Assembly: GCA_964565945.1 (NCBI GenBank)
Contig: CAZMGY010000030.1
Location: 1 to 32,000 of the forward strand
DNA length: 32,000 nucleotides
Direction of reading: 5' to 3'
DNA from: an uncultured bacterium
Lineage (GTDB): Bacteria; GCA-001730085
A program made the position numbers and the translations under genes. The notes below the pieces were generated by a model. That model saw nothing but the letters and a program-made list of their open reading frames with translations, ran no database searches and had not been told where the DNA came from. Of the stretch, positions 26,749 through 32,000 are shown in pieces; the first letter of the stretch is position 1, and each line of letters opens with the position of its first letter.

Positions 26749-29190
26749 CTACGATACACCAAAAGCAAAAGATAACTCATTTTTCTTGACACTTACCTTA
26801 AGCACATCACTAGGTTTAAAGTTCCCTTTAAGAATCTCTTCCGAAATTCGATCTTCGATGTAACGTTGAATGGCACGGCGCAAAGGTCGTGCGCCATAAA
26901 AGCTATCAAAGCCTTTTTCGATTAAAAATTCTTTAGCCTTAGGACCTACTTTAAGGCCCATACCTTTGGCCACAAGACGTTGACGAATACACTCAAGTTC
27001 AATATCGATAATTTTCTCTAAATCATTGCGATCCAATGAGTTGAACACAATCACTTCGTCCAAACGATTCAAAAACTCTGGACGAAACTTTTTCTTCATT
27101 TCTTCCAAAAGCTTATCTTTGATCATATCTTGATCTATTTTTTCTTCTTCGGCCACAACCGCATGAAACCCTAAAGAATTTTGTTGCTGAAGTGTTTCAA
27201 CACCCACATTAGATGTCATGATGATCAAAGTGTTACGAAAATCAACCCGACGCCCATAGCTGTCCGTCATATAACCTTCTTCCAAAATTTGCAATAAAAC
27301 ATTAAACATATCGGAATGAGCTTTTTCCATTTCGTCGAAAAGAATTACCGAATAAGGACGCCGTCTGACCTTCTCGGACAACTGCCCACCTTCTTCATAA
27401 CCGACATAGCCTGGAGGAGCTCCAATCAGACGCGATAGGGAAAACTTCTCCATGTATTCCGACATATCAATCGTAATCATAGCCTCATCATCGCCAAACA
27501 AAAACTTAGCCAAAGACTTAGCCAATAAAGTTTTTCCAACACCAGTGGGTCCCAAAAAAACAAACGACCCAATTGGCCTTGCAGGATTTTTCATCCCTGT
27601 GTAGGACCGACGAATGGCGTGCGAAATAGAGCCTATCGCATCCAATTGTCCCACAACCGACCCCTGCAAGGATTTTTCCATCTTCAAAAGACGCTCGGTT
27701 TCTTTCTCGGTTAAACGCGTGACCGGAATACCTGTGATTTTTGAAATCACTTCCGCCACATCCTCTACCGTCACGACCGTTTCAAGCTCATTTTTGGCAT
27801 CACGCCAATTTTGCTCGTAAGACTCCATCTTATGCAAAACATCACGTTCCTTGTCTCTCAGGGAAGCTGCAAGTTCAAAGTCTTGATTTTTGATTGCTTC
27901 TTCTTTTTCTTCATGCACACGTTCCAAATCATGTTTTAGCTCATGAAAATCTCGTGGCAGTGTGGTCACCGACAACCTCACCTTAGCTCCCGCCTCATCA
28001 ATCATGTCGATGGCCTTATCGGGCAAAAAGCGATCTGTGATATAGCGATTCGCCATACGGGCCGCCGCCACCAAAGCATCATCTGTAATTTTGGCTCGGT
28101 GATGCGCTTCGTATTTGTCGCGCAGGCCTTTAAGAATTTCAATTGTCTCCTCCACGCTGGGAGCATCGACAAAGATGGTTTGAAAACGACGCTCTAGAGC
28201 TCCATCTTTTTCGATGTATTTGCGATACTCATTCATGGTTGTAGCACCAATTACTTGAATTTCGCCACGAGACAACGAAGGCTTAAGAATATTAGCCGCA
28301 TCAATCGCCCCTTCAGCCCCACCTGCTCCTACCAAAGTGTGGATTTCATCAATGAACAAAATCACATCTTTGGCTTTACGAATTTCATCCATCACAGCCT
28401 TAATTCGTTCCTCAAATTGACCTCGATATTTCGTTCCAGCCACCATCAATGCAATATCTAAGACAACAATCCGCTTGGAACGCAAAATTTCAGGCACATG
28501 ACCATCGATAATTTTTTGAGCTAAGCCTTCAATAACAGCCGTCTTTCCAACACCAGGCTCACCTAGCAACACAGGATTATTTTTTGTCCGTCGCCCCAAA
28601 ACCTGAAGAACTCTTTCTATCTCGGATTTGCGACCAATCACAGGGTCAAGTTTACCCATGCGAGCCTCTTCCGTCAGATCTTGCCCAAAAGAATCGAGAG
28701 CGGGAGTCTTATTCTTTTTATCTTCCGCCTGAGAACTGATTTCCATGGTCAACGAGGTTCCCAAGAGCTGTACAATTTCTTTTTGAATTTGGGCTAACGA
28801 AACTCCCAGGTTATTCAAAACACTTGCGGCCACACCTTCTTCTTCTAGAAGCAAGCCCAACAGCAAGTGCTCGGTCCCAATGTAGTTATGACCAAATTTA
28901 CGCGCCTCTTCCATAGCTAGCTCTATCACACGCTTAGCCTTGGGGGTAAATTCAATTTCTTCCACGATCTCATAGTCATAATCTGTTGAAACTTTTTTCT
29001 CAATCTCTTGGCGAATGGTCTCGAAACTCAAACCTAAATTTTGCAATACAGCACCCGCAACACCTTGCCCCTCTTTGATGAGTCCCAACAAAATATGTTC
29101 TGTACCAACATAGTCATGATGAAAAATTTTAGCTTCTTCCCGAGCTAACAGCAAAACTTTACGCGCTCTTTCTGTAAAACGATCAAACAT
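26749..29190 (-). CDS. clpC: ATP-dependent Clp protease ATP-binding subunit ClpC
   Basis: Two Clp_N repeats (YVGTEHILLGL, YIGTEHLLLGL), Walker A motifs GEPGVGKT and GPTGVGKT, and a UVR-type linker (DFELAASLRDKE). The 813-aa size fits. AGAGGGGGAG lies before the ATG. Confidence 0.95.
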   Translation of the reverse strand: MFDRFTERARKVLLLAREEAKIFHHDYVGTEHILLGLIKEGQGVAGAVLQNLGLSFETIRQEIEKKVSTDYDYEIVEEIEFTPKAKRVIELAMEEARKFGHNYIGTEHLLLGLLLEEEGVAASVLNNLGVSLAQIQKEIVQLLGTSLTMEISSQAEDKKNKTPALDSFGQDLTEEARMGKLDPVIGRKSEIERVLQVLGRRTKNNPVLLGEPGVGKTAVIEGLAQKIIDGHVPEILRSKRIVVLDIALMVAGTKYRGQFEERIKAVMDEIRKAKDVILFIDEIHTLVGAGGAEGAIDAANILKPSLSRGEIQVIGATTMNEYRKYIEKDGALERRFQTIFVDAPSVEETIEILKGLRDKYEAHHRAKITDDALVAAARMANRYITDRFLPDKAIDMIDEAGAKVRLSVTTLPRDFHELKHDLERVHEEKEEAIKNQDFELAASLRDKERDVLHKMESYEQNWRDAKNELETVVTVEDVAEVISKITGIPVTRLTEKETERLLKMEKSLQGSVVGQLDAIGSISHAIRRSYTGMKNPARPIGSFVFLGPTGVGKTLLAKSLAKFLFGDDEAMITIDMSEYMEKFSLSRLIGAPPGYVGYEEGGQLSEKVRRRPYSVILFDEMEKAHSDMFNVLLQILEEGYMTDSYGRRVDFRNTLIIMTSNVGVETLQQQNSLGFHAVVAEEEKIDQDMIKDKLLEEMKKKFRPEFLNRLDEVIVFNSLDRNDLEKIIDIELECIRQRLVAKGMGLKVGPKAKEFLIEKGFDSFYGARPLRRAIQRYIEDRISEEILKGNFKPSDVLKVSVKKNELSFAFGVS

Positions 29191-29914
29191 AAACTCCCCC
29201 TCTTAATCTTACTCCTAAATGCTGTCGAATTAAATCTTCTCTTTTCATAATTCCTCTCTTCTGGTAGATACTTCCTCCTTCTCAAGCATTTGAACATGCC
29301 CAAGCTGAAGTAGAAAAAATAATTAAAATAACTTGTTTTCATCCAATTACCGCATGCTAAATTTATACCACATCCGAGCCAAATTGTAGACAACAAATCA
29401 ATTAACTCAGAAAAACTCATCAAACACGCATTTTGCAAGATTCCTAAGGAGCGATAGACCTTATAGCTCTGATCAGTTGGATGCGTTTGCCACAAAAGTT
29501 ATAAAACGTAAACCTCGCATCTATCGAGCTAGAAGAGTTTTATTAATTAGTTCTCTTAGTCGTTTATTCTCGGACTTAATCAAAAGAATTTTTTGATCCC
29601 TCATTCTGACTATTAAAAAACAAACTATCTCGATTTTGCTCACTCACAGATGTTGGACTTATAGTTGCCTCTTTGGTCACAACTTCGCTCGATGTCTCTT
29701 TGACTTATTCGCACAAGAGGTTAACCTCTACAAGCAAACGGTCAGCTTTGTGTTTATAAACCTTTTTGCTATGTTTTTCACGACGAAGACGATTCATAAG
29801 ACTCTCATTTTTATTATCATCCAGAAACTTCGTCTGTTTACACCCTTCTTTGCGTTACAAATCACGCACCTAATTTTTGAGCTTTTTGTCCTTGCTCAAA
29901 AGTGTTTAATATTT

Positions 29915-31270
29915 TTACGAATTGTCCCGAAATGCCTTCTGAGATAAAAACTTAATAATCGGAACTTTCGTTTCTTGTGTATTCATTTGCCTCTGATGTT
30001 TTTTACCCTTAAACATTTTGATTTCTCGCTGATAATGCTTAACCAAAACTTCAACTTGGCTTTTATTGCGTTCGAGTTCATCTATGCGAGATAGCGCCAT
30101 CTTTAGTTCGTTTTTGATCACTTCGATTTCTTGATGGGATTGCTTGTACTTTTTGTTATAAGGATCATGTTTAGGTTTGGTAGCAACACTTTTAACCTGT
30201 ATCAACTCATCTTGCAAAAATGCTCCCATCCGTTGCAACTTTTTAACCTCTTGCATCCCTTGCGCTTCATCAACTCTTTTATTTTTGCTATCTCGATACA
30301 GCTGCTTGTACTTCTCGACCTTTTCTTTAAGACTGATAATCTCATCTTCTCTCTCAGATAAGTTTTGTTCAAACTCATTCGTCAAACGGTCTTCCAGCAA
30401 ATCGATTTCACGGTTAAGCTTACGAATATGCCGATCATACCTCTTCGCTTCATTTATGTAATGAGCCACTTGATTCTTCATTTGGGTATTTAGGCGTTGC
30501 ACATGCTCCATCTTCATTTCTAAGGCTTCTTGTTTGGCTCTATTTAAGGGAGTCTTAACAACACGAGGAACTCCTTTTTCAACAACCACTTCTTTGTAAA
30601 TCACCTTAGGAGAAGACGAATTTTTGTGGGACTGACTTGCCAAGGCTTTAAGTCCTTTGTTCTCACGCAACAACTCAGCCACACGTTCTTGATAATTGGC
30701 TTGACCATGCTTTTCTTTAACCAACAATGACGCGAACTTTCTTTTCTCGCGCGCCATCTTGCTATAATTTTTTTGAAGGACTTTAAGACGGGTTTTGATC
30801 TGCTCTACATTTTGGCTAGAGTTTTTTTTTAAAGATCCCGTCGTTTTTTCAGAATACTCCTTTTGCAACTTGATGTATTTGGACTCAAGACCCTCAATTT
30901 TCTTCTGCGTGTCCGACAACTGCTTCATAAGATGATTTTTGTCTTTAGCTAAATCCGAAAGCATCTTCACTTTTTTCTGAGACTTCAAGCGATCCTTTTC
31001 TAGCTGACGAATGGTAATCGTGTACGATTGCATCTTTCGATCCAAGCGTTGAATAACCTCTTGAGACACATTTTTATTTTCTTTAAGCTCTAATAAAACC
31101 TCCTCGTCCAAGAAAGACGTAAAACCTTCTGATTGATTCCAAGTATTGAATTGCTGCTGACGCTGCTCATAGGCGAGCTCTCGAGAGGACTGATTTAACG
31201 CATCAGACGAAACAACGCCTCCCAGAGGCAAACTGAAAAAAATAAAACCTAAAATAACATTCTTTTTCAT
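29915..31270 (-). CDS. Secreted coiled-coil protein, about 450 aa, family unknown
   Basis: From the ATG at 31270 the product starts MKKNVILGFIFFSLPLGGVVSS (signal peptide), with AGGGAG 9 nt upstream. The rest is K/E/Q/L-rich heptad-like sequence with no globular domain I can recognise. Confidence 0.75.
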   Translation of the reverse strand: MKKNVILGFIFFSLPLGGVVSSDALNQSSRELAYEQRQQQFNTWNQSEGFTSFLDEEVLLELKENKNVSQEVIQRLDRKMQSYTITIRQLEKDRLKSQKKVKMLSDLAKDKNHLMKQLSDTQKKIEGLESKYIKLQKEYSEKTTGSLKKNSSQNVEQIKTRLKVLQKNYSKMAREKRKFASLLVKEKHGQANYQERVAELLRENKGLKALASQSHKNSSSPKVIYKEVVVEKGVPRVVKTPLNRAKQEALEMKMEHVQRLNTQMKNQVAHYINEAKRYDRHIRKLNREIDLLEDRLTNEFEQNLSEREDEIISLKEKVEKYKQLYRDSKNKRVDEAQGMQEVKKLQRMGAFLQDELIQVKSVATKPKHDPYNKKYKQSHQEIEVIKNELKMALSRIDELERNKSQVEVLVKHYQREIKMFKGKKHQRQMNTQETKVPIIKFLSQKAFRDNS

Positions 31271-31352
31271 TGTCATACTCTCCCTTACGGATTTGACCTC
31301 AATATTTATACAAAAACTGTAAAAAAGCATATTAACAATATAATAACATGCT

Positions 31353-32000
31353 TTAGAATTTAGCGTCACGCCATTTTCTCTTGGGCCGAATAATCACCCC
31401 GCCAAAACGCAAATCAACATAACTGGCATTGTCCATCGATGTTTTCTTTTCTTGCATAATCACCGATAAACTCTCTAGCTTTTGTTGAAACTCATTACTA
31501 CCTAACTGTATTTTAACATCATCAGTCGTTGTCAAAATAATTTGCTTAATATTCCCCATATTGATTTTTTTGATTTTCAGAGCCCGAGCAACCTCCGACA
31601 CAGAAAAAGTTTTCATCACTTCCAACGCTTTCAGTATTTTGGGAGACGTCACAGGACTCCCGACTATTAGTTTTTCTTTTAAATAACGCAAGCCCGTCAC
31701 CACAGGCTTGGAACTATCTTCTTTTTTGTTCCTCACACGGACAATATAGCCCTCACGATCAATCTCATAATAATGACGCTGGTACAACAAAAGAATGTAA
31801 GGAGTCCTTTCTACGACACGAATATCCAAAGTATAAGGCAAAATGCGTCTAATTTGAACATCCTTCACATAGGGATGACGCAAAAGTCTCTGGGACATCT
31901 GCGTTATATCGACATCAAAAATATGTTGACCTCGAGAGACCTGCAAACTTTGATAAATATCATTTTGAGTCAGTCTTTTTTGCCCCTTAACTTTAATCTC
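31353..32000 (-). CDS. ftsQ: Cell division protein FtsQ/DivIB (5' end beyond the window)
   Basis: POTRA-type segment IKVKGQKRLTQNDIYQSLQVSRGQHIFDVDITQMSQRLLRHPYVKDVQIRRILPYTLDIRVVERTP followed by an FtsQ-type beta domain. The frame stays open from 31946 to the window edge at 32000. Confidence 0.8.
   Translation of the reverse strand, partial: EIKVKGQKRLTQNDIYQSLQVSRGQHIFDVDITQMSQRLLRHPYVKDVQIRRILPYTLDIRVVERTPYILLLYQRHYYEIDREGYIVRVRNKKEDSSKPVVTGLRYLKEKLIVGSPVTSPKILKALEVMKTFSVSEVARALKIKKINMGNIKQIILTTTDDVKIQLGSNEFQQKLESLSVIMQEKKTSMDNASYVDLRFGGVIIRPKRKWRDAKF

Noticed and set aside
29145-29495. A 116-aa minus-strand ORF overlapping the clpC start, together with the 103-aa plus-strand ORF at 29636..29947.
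   Set aside because: Neither has a Shine-Dalgarno motif. Their composition is implausible (Cys/Phe/Leu-rich junk), and the first runs out of frame across the well-supported clpC ribosome-binding site and ATG. I treat the region as non-coding (see finding).
29191-29500. I searched upstream of clpC for heat-shock operators: a CtsR box, a CIRCE element and a sigma32-type promoter.
   Set aside because: I found no tandem GGTCAAA repeat, no TTAGCACTC-N9-GAGTGCTAA element, and only a poor CTTGA match with no CCCCAT-like -10 at the right spacing.
1-32000. I scanned for CRISPR arrays, IS elements or transposases, integrases, restriction-modification genes and known defence or toxin cassettes.
   Set aside because: I saw no regularly spaced direct repeats, no terminal inverted repeats bracketing an ORF, and no ORF with transposase, integrase, nuclease or methylase motifs. 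The window reads as core housekeeping and envelope genes.

Overview
By eye this is an AT-rich stretch of core chromosome from a diderm bacterium. The diderm call rests on an MlaE permease, a TamB/AsmA-like protein, a LolA-like protein, a lipobox lipoprotein and a beta-barrel-like protein. I support 24 CDS and 2 tRNAs. All are on the minus strand except one small membrane protein at 10001..10630. From high to low coordinates the order is: ftsQ (5' end off-window), a secreted coiled-coil protein, clpC, a TamB/AsmA-like gene, mlaE, then a tightly packed run uppS-cdsA-dxr-rseP-proS-nusA-infB. After that come a DUF4416-like gene, comM/yifB, a beta-barrel plus LolA-like pair, the plus-strand LemA-like gene, tRNA(CAT), recR, two SPFH/band-7 genes, birA, tRNA-Ser(UGA), hemW, a 1238-aa all-TPR protein and a short gene start at the left edge. 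Coordinates include stop codons. Several starts were moved inward from the ORF track, which also opens ORFs at GTG/TTG/ATT codons, to ATGs with a Shine-Dalgarno motif. All family calls come from motif recognition by eye; no searches were run. I found no CRISPR array, transposase, integrase or recognisable defence or toxin module. The points I consider most worth follow-up are: (1) an orphan mlaE translationally coupled to a TamB/AsmA-like protein and abutting clpC; (2) a secreted coiled-coil protein where ftsA/ftsZ normally follow ftsQ; (3) a GC-rich, cloverleaf-like 105-nt element between infB and the DUF4416 gene; (4) a coupled TM-anchored plus lipoprotein SPFH pair; (5) three ORF-free spacers of unusual length (130..880, 23879..24136, 29191..29914). 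None of these is proven to be a novel system. They are hypotheses with stated tests.
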